Positions 1 through 7,862 of a stretch of DNA of 64,000 nt are shown piece by piece. A program made the position numbers and the translations under genes. The notes under the pieces were generated by a model. The model was not told where the DNA came from. It saw only the letters and a program-made list of their open reading frames with translations, and searched no databases. The stretch spans positions 4,045 to 68,044 of the forward strand of contig JAFYDK010000088.1 of the NCBI GenBank assembly GCA_017544805.1, in the 5' to 3' direction. Source of the stretch: Bacteroidales bacterium. GTDB lineage: Bacteria > Bacteroidota > Bacteroidia > Bacteroidales > UBA3824. How positions within the stretch are numbered: position 1 is the stretch's first letter; each line of letters opens with the position of its first letter.

Positions 1-2107
1 GAGTATAACGCAATGCAAATTTTCTGTTGGCTTCGAGAGTGTCGCCTTTTGTTGAAAAAATAGCAACCATCATAGATTTGTTCATTGCATTGTTTACCTG
101 TTCGAGTTCGTCGAATTCCATCTGAACCGCATTCAAAAGGTTGTTCAAGGATTCGATTTCGCTCTTGAGCTGGTCTTCTTTTTCCTCCATTTGTTTTGAT
201 TGCAAACGGCTCTGTTTGAGAAGGATATTGGTCTGCTCGTTGATTTTTGCGTTTGCGATTGTGGAGGCGATGTTTTCAGAAATTCTTTCAACGAATTGTA
301 TTTGATATTCTTGAAAATCTTTGAAAGATGCCAATTCCAAAACTCCGTACAAATAATCGTTGTAAACAAGCGGTACGAAAATTATGGATTTTGGTTTTGC
401 CTGTCCTAAACCCGAACTTATGTCGGTATAGTTTTCTGGAATGTTGTTGAGAATAATCGTGTGTTTTTCCATAGCGCACGCACCAATCATTCCTTCATCG
501 AGTTTGAGGATTTTTTTGTGGAATCTTTCATGTCCGTATGCGAAAACTGCATAGAGTTCAAAACATTCCGTTTTGTTGTCATCCGGCATCGTTGTTCTGA
601 TAAACATACCGCCTTGAATAACATTAATATAAGGTACTAATTTGTCAATAACGGCATTGCTGAGTTTTCTGATGTCCGAAACGTTGTTTCTTAAAATATC
701 ACTGAAAATAGAGTGTCCTTCGGTTGCCCATTGATTCCGTTTTTCTTCTGCTATACGTTCTTTTTCCTTGCGGTTGTTGGTCAGAAGGTTTTCTTTCATG
801 CCTATGAGCGCATTACCGATTGCATTATTTTTGATTGACTTGTCGTAATCTTTTTCGAGGTTGCCGTCTCTGATGGCGGAGGCAAATTCAGCCGTAACTT
901 TCAAGGATTCGCCCAAACGGTTGATGTTTTCGATAACAAGGGCATATTCTTTTGATACTCTGCTGTGAAATTTTTTCTGTAGGTTTTGCAGTGCATTAAA
1001 ATCGCCTCTTGAAAGACTTGAAATCAGTTCTCTGATGTAAATCATCGGTTTTGACAAGTGTCTTGATACTATTGTTATAAACGTTATAAAAACGGCCAAG
1101 ACAATCAAAATAATGATAATCGCTTTGGTAATCGCTTGGTTTTGAGCTTGTCTGACAGCTTTCCAAGGCGTTATGGAAATCATCGTAAAATTATCTTTGT
1201 TGCAGGCAAGAGATATTTTTTTGTTGTGAATATAAACCTTTTCGTTGTTGTTTTCAACGAGTTCGTATTCCATATCAACCTGAAGATTTTCGGAAGTTTT
1301 TTGCATAATATTGAGTTTTTCTTCCGTAAAACGCAGAATTTCATGGATATTCCGGTTTTGATAATCTTTGTTGCGGCTGTAAAAAATATTTCCCGTGCTA
1401 TCGGCAATGTAGAATGTATTTTCTGACGGAATTTGTTCGTCAAGAATATTTCTGTGATATTTTTGGTCAATGTCGATTCCGATTATTCCGCTGAATTTAC
1501 CTTTTGTAAAAATTGGTACGAGGCAGACGATTACGTTAGAGATGTCCGCATCGTTTTTAAGGCTTATGACCTTTGGCGTTAAATCGTGTTTAATGCTTCT
1601 GTACAGGTCGTAAACCTCGATTGAAGTGCTTTGAATGTCGTTAGAAATCTCCGGTGTGCCGATATTTTCGTGATGAATGTATTTTGCATACCAGCCGATG
1701 GGAAAACCGGGATTTGTATTGACCAACAAACTATCGGAATTGTCAAAAATATACGGTTCCGAAATTATGAAAACGGCTTTGACCGTCGGGTCGGTTTCCA
1801 AAAATTTCAGAAACATTTTTTGCGTAATTTTTTTTGCTCCGAATCCGAACTGAGTGGTTTGTTCCGAAATATTTTCAGCCTCGGTTTGGAGTTTTATAAT
1901 CGTCTTATTGAGCAAAAACTCAAATTTTTCGACGTATTTGTCATTGACGATATTGGTATTAAGCTTGTTATAATCGGTAATTCTTGACAAAAGTATTCTG
2001 TCTTGGACAACCATTATGGCTACGGAAAGGAACACTGCTCCTACTACCGCGCTGAAAACGGCTTTCCATCTTACCGTATTTAACTTATGTATTTTGTTGT
2101 CCTCCAT
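1..2107 (-). CDS. Membrane sensor protein, 3' end beyond window: periplasmic Cache-like region, TM, HAMP, GAF, coiled coil, beginning of a PAS-like segment
   Basis: Absent from the ORF track because no stop lies in the window. My translation of the minus strand from ATG at 2107 (MEDNKIHKLNTVRWKAVFSAVVGAVFLSVAIMVV...) stays open to position 2. The GAF part (EGMIGACAMEKHTIILNNIPENYTDISSGLG...FVPLVYNDYLYGVLELASFKDF...FVERISENIASTIANAKIN) is clearly paralogous to the GAF part of gene 2110..4038. The listed small ORFs in 145..1987 are in other frames or on the other strand. Confidence 0.75.
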   Translation of the reverse strand, partial: MEDNKIHKLNTVRWKAVFSAVVGAVFLSVAIMVVQDRILLSRITDYNKLNTNIVNDKYVEKFEFLLNKTIIKLQTEAENISEQTTQFGFGAKKITQKMFLKFLETDPTVKAVFIISEPYIFDNSDSLLVNTNPGFPIGWYAKYIHHENIGTPEISNDIQSTSIEVYDLYRSIKHDLTPKVISLKNDADISNVIVCLVPIFTKGKFSGIIGIDIDQKYHRNILDEQIPSENTFYIADSTGNIFYSRNKDYQNRNIHEILRFTEEKLNIMQKTSENLQVDMEYELVENNNEKVYIHNKKISLACNKDNFTMISITPWKAVRQAQNQAITKAIIIILIVLAVFITFITIVSRHLSKPMIYIRELISSLSRGDFNALQNLQKKFHSRVSKEYALVIENINRLGESLKVTAEFASAIRDGNLEKDYDKSIKNNAIGNALIGMKENLLTNNRKEKERIAEEKRNQWATEGHSIFSDILRNNVSDIRKLSNAVIDKLVPYINVIQGGMFIRTTMPDDNKTECFELYAVFAYGHERFHKKILKLDEGMIGACAMEKHTIILNNIPENYTDISSGLGQAKPKSIIFVPLVYNDYLYGVLELASFKDFQEYQIQFVERISENIASTIANAKINEQTNILLKQSRLQSKQMEEKEDQLKSEIESLNNLLNAVQMEFDELEQVNNAMNKSMMVAIFSTKGDTLEANRKFALRYT

Positions 2108-2109
2108 AT

Positions 2110-4038
2110 TTATCTTCTCTTGCTCACTAATTTCTTTTCGACTTCAAGTTTTTCTTCTTTAAGTCTTGCGTTTTCTTTTTTGAGTTTATCGACCTCTTCC
2201 TGTAAAACTTTCATCGCCTCAGTTTTTTGTGCGACCTCGTTTTTGGATTTGTGCAGACGTTTTGTATAATCGTCAAGCCTTTTGCCTTTTTCTTTAAGCT
2301 TATAAAGGTTTTTGGTATTGACTTTTACGTATGAAATCGTACTTGCAATATCCTCAGAAAGTCTTTCCAAAAATTTGATTCTGTGCGGTTCAAATTTTTC
2401 GGTTTTGCATAATTCTATTACGCCGAAAATTTCTTCGTTCAACATCAGCGGAATTACAATTAAATTGCCCGGAGCGGTGTTGCCGAAACCCGAACCTATT
2501 TTAACGTAATTCTTTGGAATATCGTCAATTATCTGCATTGTTTTTTCAACGGCGCACGTTCCGACAATTCCCTCGTAAAGATTGATTCTTTTCTGAATGA
2601 ATTTTTTTCTGTCGGCAGCGTAAGTGGCTTTCATTTCAAGATAAGGTTCTTCGCCTTCCTCGTCAATGTAAATATAAATTGCGCCGTAATTGGCCTCCAT
2701 GTAATGAATCAAATTGCGGATTGTCTCGTTGCACAGAGCGTCCAAATTGCTGTTGTTTTTTCTTAAAATGTTACCGAATTCGGCAAGACCGATGTTAATT
2801 TTATCTTGAATTTCATCTTCGCGTCTGCGTTTTTTTTGTTCTTCTTCTTCTTTTTCAAGGTTTTTCTTCATGTTAATCAGCGAATTGCCGAGTTCGTCAT
2901 TTTCCGAAAGAAGTTTAAAACCTTTGTCTTTTTTGCCGTTTCCGATGTCTTCGGTGAAAATTTGTTTTTCTTTGAGGTTTTCCACAAATTCTTTCAATCG
3001 GATACTCATAACATCCATTTCGTTGGTGCTTGTTTCATCAATTTCAGGTTTTACGAGTTCACCTTTGAGAAGTCTTTGAAGGTAAACGTTCATTTTATTA
3101 ATCGGAGTATTAACCGACCAAAACAAAATCAAGAAAAACGAGATACCGAGTATTATTACAACAGCTTGAGAGATAATAATTTGGAGAATTGTTCCCGAGT
3201 GAATTTTATCCCTGATAATATCAGCCTCCACCATTAGTTCTTCCAAATTTACGCTCATCGTTTTGATTTGAGCATTGGCAGTGCCCTTGTAACCTTCGTA
3301 AGAGTCCAAGCCCATAAGCAATTGTTTGGAAAACAACAAGTTAAATGTCATTTTGTATTCCGACAATTGATCCATAAGTTTTTGTATCTGATAGCGTATC
3401 AGAATGTTAGGACTATTAACGCTTTTGAGGTTGTTGTTAATACTTTCTATCTGTTTGTTGAACTTTTTGTAATTTTCGATTTTGTTGGTGTTAATAAATT
3501 CAGCCTCGTATTTTTCAGCCTCTTCAAACATCTTGTTGATACCGGCAAGAGTGAATTGAAAAATAGTTTTTTCAACGGTTTTTCTGTTGGCGGCGAGTCT
3601 TCCGCCATCTTGTGTCAAAGCGTTGATTTCATTTTCTATTTTTCCTATGTCGCTGATTTTTATTTTGTATGTTTCAAATTCTTCTTTGAGGATTTTTATT
3701 GATTGAAGAATTTTTCTGTTATCTGAAAGTTTGTTTTCTTCTAATGATTTGATACCTTCCTCAATACTTGTGCAAATTATACCGATTCCGTTTAACAGGG
3801 AGTCTTCTTTTTCCTTGTCTTTTTTGCCGGAATACGAATTAAACAATTCGTACTGAGTGTTGCGTAATTCTGAAATGTCGTTTTTGAGCTTTATTTCTTT
3901 TGCGTAACTATTTTCAACCGAGTTGTAGCGGTTAATCAGATACAAAAAAGACAGACCCGTAAATACCGCATATACGGCAAAACAGATCAGCATTATTCTG
4001 AATTTCAGTTTGACGGATATTTTCTCCGGTGTCTTCAT
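2110..4038 (-). CDS. Membrane sensor protein: helical periplasmic region, TM, HAMP, GAF, C-terminal K/E-rich coiled coil
   Basis: 642-aa ORF with ATG start. It has an N-terminal TM, a second TM (ILQIIISQAVVIILGISFFLILFW) followed by a HAMP-like linker, and a GAF-like block (EGIVGTCAVEKTMQIIDDIPKNYVKIGSGFG...VIPLMLNEEIFGVIELCKTEKF). The tail is a heptad-rich coiled coil. Its stop lies 2 nt before the ATG of the downstream paralog. Confidence 0.85.
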   Translation of the reverse strand: MKTPEKISVKLKFRIMLICFAVYAVFTGLSFLYLINRYNSVENSYAKEIKLKNDISELRNTQYELFNSYSGKKDKEKEDSLLNGIGIICTSIEEGIKSLEENKLSDNRKILQSIKILKEEFETYKIKISDIGKIENEINALTQDGGRLAANRKTVEKTIFQFTLAGINKMFEEAEKYEAEFINTNKIENYKKFNKQIESINNNLKSVNSPNILIRYQIQKLMDQLSEYKMTFNLLFSKQLLMGLDSYEGYKGTANAQIKTMSVNLEELMVEADIIRDKIHSGTILQIIISQAVVIILGISFFLILFWSVNTPINKMNVYLQRLLKGELVKPEIDETSTNEMDVMSIRLKEFVENLKEKQIFTEDIGNGKKDKGFKLLSENDELGNSLINMKKNLEKEEEEQKKRRREDEIQDKINIGLAEFGNILRKNNSNLDALCNETIRNLIHYMEANYGAIYIYIDEEGEEPYLEMKATYAADRKKFIQKRINLYEGIVGTCAVEKTMQIIDDIPKNYVKIGSGFGNTAPGNLIVIPLMLNEEIFGVIELCKTEKFEPHRIKFLERLSEDIASTISYVKVNTKNLYKLKEKGKRLDDYTKRLHKSKNEVAQKTEAMKVLQEEVDKLKKENARLKEEKLEVEKKLVSKRR

Positions 4039-4081
4039 TTTTCCTTTAAATTATCTGCCGTTGTCTTAACAATTCTGTTAT

Positions 4082-4089
4082 CAAATTTA
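4082..4089 (-). promoter_or_regulatory. Candidate Bacteroidota -7 box (TAAATTTG on minus strand) for the sensor operon
   Basis: The + strand reads CAAATTTA, which is TAnnTTTG on the minus strand, 44 nt upstream of ATG 4038. Further copies at 4150..4157 and 4170..4177 make the choice ambiguous. Confidence 0.35.
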
Positions 4090-4296
4090 TTGCCGTTTTT
4101 TTGTTTTTTTGCAAAAACTTCTAACACAATTACAGCATTTTAGAGTTTTCAAATTTAATTTTTTTTTTACAAATCTAAAAAATAAATTGCAATTTTAATT
4201 GATTTTTTTTGTAATTCGTTGGTTGTTAGTATGATATGTAAGAAATATTTTTGTTTAAAATTTTGTTTAAAACGCTGATTTTTAGAAAAATTAGTA

Positions 4297-4304
4297 TAAA
4301 TTTG
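4297..4304 (+). promoter_or_regulatory. Candidate -7 box TAAATTTG upstream of lysA
   Basis: Exact match to the Bacteroides-type TAnnTTTG consensus. It sits 114 nt upstream of ATG 4418, and I see no well-spaced -33 TTTG. Confidence 0.3.
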
Positions 4305-4417
4305 CAGTCGTAAACCCAAACCCTCGTGAAATTTTTTTTAGTTTCAAAAAACACTTTACTAATATTAAATGAGTGTTGCATAGAAAAAAATTAACGTCGG
4401 TCAAAAAAAAATCAATA

Positions 4418-5575
4418 ATGTATAGCAGCGATTTAATTAACAAATTTAAAACTTTTCAAACACCTTTTTATTATTACGATTTAGGCTTGTTGCGCCTTAC
4501 TCTTGAAACTTTAAAAAAAGAGGCTGATAAATATGGTTATAATATTCATTATGCTGTCAAGGCCAATGCCAATGAAAAAATTATGCGTCTTATAAGTTCC
4601 TATGGTTTTGGAGCTGATTGTGTTAGCGGAAACGAGGTTTTGAAAGCCTACGAATGTGGTTTTGAACCTTCAAAAATAGTTTTTGCGGGAGTCGGCAAAA
4701 GTGACGGCGAGATAATTTCGGCTTTGAAATGCGGTATTTTCTGTTTTAACTGTGAGTCGGTTCAAGAAATCGAAGTGATTAATTCCTTGGCTTTGTCGCT
4801 TGGCAAGACAGCGCAAATAGCTTTGAGGCTTAATCCGGGTATTGACGCTCACACCAATCAAAAAATCAATACTGGCTTGGCTGACAGTAAGTTTGGTATA
4901 GATTTTAATCTTTTGGAGGATACTATCAAAGAGATTTCTGATTTCAAAAATATAAAACTAATCGGACTTCATTATCATATAGGTTCACAAATACTTGATT
5001 TTGAGCCTTTTAAACTGCTTTGTGAGCGTAGCAACGAGATGCAGGAAAAACTTCTTGCTTTGGGATATGAGTTGCCGGAGATTAATTTAGGCGGCGGTTT
5101 AGGTGTTGATTATTACAACCCGGAAGAAAATCCCGTACCCGAATTTCAAAAATTGTTCTCGCTCATAAATCAAAATTTGAAAGTGCGTAAGGGGCAGAGA
5201 GTTCATTTTGAATTAGGACGCTCGGTAGTTGCGCAATGCGGTAAACTCATTTCAAAGGTTTTGTACATTAAGCCAGCAAGGGAAACTAATTTTGCGATTT
5301 TGGACGCTGGTTTTACCGACCTTATCCGTCCCGCATTGTACGGTGCATATCACAAAATTGAGAATCTGACTTCGCAATCATCAGAGACAAAAATTTATGA
5401 TGTTGTGGGTCCTATTTGCGAATCAACAGACGTTTTTGTGAAACATTTGGAATTGAAAGGGACTTCAAGAGGTGATTTATTATCGTTCTCTTCGGCAGGT
5501 GCGTATGGGGAAATTATGGCATCACAGTATAATTTGAGAAAATTGCCGAATGTTTATTATTCTGATAATGAATAG
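4418..5575 (+). CDS. lysA: Diaminopimelate decarboxylase
   Basis: Fold-type III PLP enzyme signature (HYAVKANAN with the PLP lysine). Also GADCVSGNE, HYHIGSQ, GGGLGV, and the C-terminal GPICESTD...SAGAYG typical of LysA. The ORF-track start at 4373 is GTG, so I use the first ATG (MYSSDLINKF). Confidence 0.93.
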   Translation: MYSSDLINKFKTFQTPFYYYDLGLLRLTLETLKKEADKYGYNIHYAVKANANEKIMRLISSYGFGADCVSGNEVLKAYECGFEPSKIVFAGVGKSDGEIISALKCGIFCFNCESVQEIEVINSLALSLGKTAQIALRLNPGIDAHTNQKINTGLADSKFGIDFNLLEDTIKEISDFKNIKLIGLHYHIGSQILDFEPFKLLCERSNEMQEKLLALGYELPEINLGGGLGVDYYNPEENPVPEFQKLFSLINQNLKVRKGQRVHFELGRSVVAQCGKLISKVLYIKPARETNFAILDAGFTDLIRPALYGAYHKIENLTSQSSETKIYDVVGPICESTDVFVKHLELKGTSRGDLLSFSSAGAYGEIMASQYNLRKLPNVYYSDNE

Positions 5576-5654
5576 TTTAATATAAGATAGTGATTTTTTG
5601 CTAAAAAAACTTAAAAGATTTGAAAAAAAATTTTTTGTTGATTGAAAAGATTAT

Positions 5655-5662
5655 TATCTTTG
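5655..5662 (+). promoter_or_regulatory. Candidate -7 box TATCTTTG (with TTTG at 5634..5637)
   Basis: TAnnTTTG match 60 nt upstream of ATG 5722. A TTTG lies 17 nt upstream of it, close to the -33/-7 spacing known for Bacteroides promoters. Confidence 0.45.
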
Positions 5663-5721
5663 TGCGATTATTAAAGAATAAAAATAAGAGTTTAATCATA
5701 AAGTCCTAACTTAAAAAAAAT

Positions 5722-7833
5722 ATGAAAAACAAGCTTTTATCATTATCGTTGGTTTTGATGACTGCGGTCGGGGTGCTCTCTTCTGAAAGTGTTTTGGCGC
5801 AGGACAAGACGGTAATAAATGATGCGGAAGTTGCTTTTAATAGCAATGATTGGGCTACGGCGGTTAAAAATTATAAACAATTAACAGAGAGTAAGCCGGA
5901 AAATCCTTATTATCATTCACAATTAGGATATTGTTATTTGCAAATCGGCAAAAAAGACTTGGCTGTTCAGGAATTAAAAAAGGCTGAAAGTTTATATACT
6001 GGCAAGCAGAAGGCTAAAAAGCCTATTGCTCAGACCTCGCAATTGTATTTAGCAAGTGCGTTGAGACAGTCAGACAATGTGAATGAGGCTCTTAATGTAC
6101 TTAATCCTTTGAAAGAGAATGTTAAGAAAAAGGATTTGAAGGCGAAAGTTCAACAAGAGATTGAGCTTTGTAATTATTCAGTAGAGTCCAAAGCTAATCC
6201 TAAGGATTGGGTTGCGCTCAATTTAGGTGCTTTTGTAAACGGTAGTGAGGCTAACAATTCGCCTGTTGTTACTAAATCTGGTAACGAGTTGTATTATACT
6301 TCACGTAAAAAAATAGAAGGACATGAGATGGAGGATGATAATGCGTATGATGAAAATATTTTCAAATGTACGCGTGATAATACAACGGGCACATTTGTAG
6401 ATCCTCAACCTCTTAATTCTAACATTAATTTGGTAGGCACGCATATTTCGGTTCTTAGCATCTCTAATGACGGCAACGAAATGTACATTTATAATGATGA
6501 GATGAACGGAACGATTATGGTATCGAAGAAACAGGGCAATTCTTGGGGTGAACCCGTAGAGTTAAACTCTAATATCAATACTAATTACCGTGAAACTCAC
6601 GCAGATATTTCTAAAGACGGTTCTAAATTGTATTTTACGAGCAATCGCCCTGGCGGTTACGGTGGTTTAGACCTTTATGTTTCGGAGCGTGTAGATGGCG
6701 AGTGGGGTCCTGCTGTAAATTTGGGAAGTGTTATCAATACTGATCAAGACGAGGAAGGAGCTTATATTGCTGATGACGGTACATTGTATTTCAGTTCAAA
6801 AGGTCATAAAGGTATGGGCGGTTACGATATGTTTAAATCTACCGGCGATTTAACAAATTGGTCAGAGCCTGAGAATTTAGGCTATCCCGTTAATACTTGT
6901 GCTGATGAGGTTTTTATGAGCAGAACTTCTGACGGAAAGATTTATTTCTCTTCAACAAGAGCTAACGGTATGGGTGCTTCAGACCTTTATGTTTTCGGCC
7001 CGAGTGCTTTGATGAAAACGGATGCTACTATTCTTAACGCAAAAGTTGAGGATTGTTCAAAAGAGTATTATAAAGGTCTTATAAAAGTTCGTGACAATAG
7101 TACCGGAGAGGATTTTGAATATAATCCCGATAATATAACTGGTGAATATAAAATCAATACTTACCGCGGACACAATTATACATTGACCGCTTATAAAAAT
7201 GGTAGTGAGGTTTTCTCTGAAATTTTTGATGTTGCCTTTGATGCTTCCCCAGAGCAAGATTACAAGACAGTGAAACTTGATCCGGGAGTTGAATGTCCTC
7301 AAGAGATTTTTGTATCAGGCGATCAAAATGCTCCTAATGGAGATGAATCAAAATATGATTACACAATTGAGATTCATGACATCTATTTCGACTTTGCCGA
7401 TGATAAGATGATTATTTCTTCGGATGAAGATTTGGATAAATTGGCAGATTACTTGAACGAAAACACAACTGCTAAAATTCAGATAATCGGTTATTGCGAT
7501 TCAGAGGGTCCAGCATTTTTCAATTACGGACTCGGACTCAAGAGAGCAAATGCTGCCGTTGATTATTTGAAGGGGAAAAAAGTTAATGTTGCTTCTCAAG
7601 TTGAAGCTGCATCATGTGGTGAAGAAAATCCGATGGCATACAATTTCTATAACGGTGCTATTGATAAAGAGGCAACAAAATTCAATAGACGTTTGGAATT
7701 TGAAGTTATGAAACAAGGAGCGAAAACTTTGTTGATACGTCCTATTCAGTCAGTTCCTAACAGATTGAAGAATCCGAATTATAAAGGTTCAGGTTACAAG
7801 AAACAAGCAGGTTATCCTGAAACTAAAATTTAG
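5722..7833 (+). CDS. Secreted TPR / PD40 (TolB-like beta-propeller) / CarboxypepD_reg-like / OmpA_C protein; PorE-like domain order
   Basis: Signal peptide, then TPR (WATAVKNYKQL...YYHSQLGYCYLQIGKKDLAVQELKKA). Five or more PD40-type repeats follow (GNELYYTS, DGSKLYFTSNRPGGYGGLDLYVS, DGTLYFSSKGHKGMGGYDMF, DGKIYFSSTRANGMGASDLYVF). After a beta-sandwich stretch comes the OmpA_C block (IIGYCDSEG...GLKRANAAVDYL...NRRLEFEV). Confidence 0.8.
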   Translation: MKNKLLSLSLVLMTAVGVLSSESVLAQDKTVINDAEVAFNSNDWATAVKNYKQLTESKPENPYYHSQLGYCYLQIGKKDLAVQELKKAESLYTGKQKAKKPIAQTSQLYLASALRQSDNVNEALNVLNPLKENVKKKDLKAKVQQEIELCNYSVESKANPKDWVALNLGAFVNGSEANNSPVVTKSGNELYYTSRKKIEGHEMEDDNAYDENIFKCTRDNTTGTFVDPQPLNSNINLVGTHISVLSISNDGNEMYIYNDEMNGTIMVSKKQGNSWGEPVELNSNINTNYRETHADISKDGSKLYFTSNRPGGYGGLDLYVSERVDGEWGPAVNLGSVINTDQDEEGAYIADDGTLYFSSKGHKGMGGYDMFKSTGDLTNWSEPENLGYPVNTCADEVFMSRTSDGKIYFSSTRANGMGASDLYVFGPSALMKTDATILNAKVEDCSKEYYKGLIKVRDNSTGEDFEYNPDNITGEYKINTYRGHNYTLTAYKNGSEVFSEIFDVAFDASPEQDYKTVKLDPGVECPQEIFVSGDQNAPNGDESKYDYTIEIHDIYFDFADDKMIISSDEDLDKLADYLNENTTAKIQIIGYCDSEGPAFFNYGLGLKRANAAVDYLKGKKVNVASQVEAASCGEENPMAYNFYNGAIDKEATKFNRRLEFEVMKQGAKTLLIRPIQSVPNRLKNPNYKGSGYKKQAGYPETKI

Positions 7834-7862
7834 TATTTGATTTGTAATTTTAATAACATCTG

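Noticed and set aside
1136-1987. 96-118-aa ORFs listed in the first 2 kb
   Set aside because: They are explained by the unlisted long minus-strand sensor CDS (1..2107) that runs off the window. The listed ORFs are in other frames or on the other strand.
4305-4417. Possible lysine riboswitch upstream of lysA
   Set aside because: The region is almost pure A/T with no G-rich conserved L-box helices, and it is too short and unstructured.
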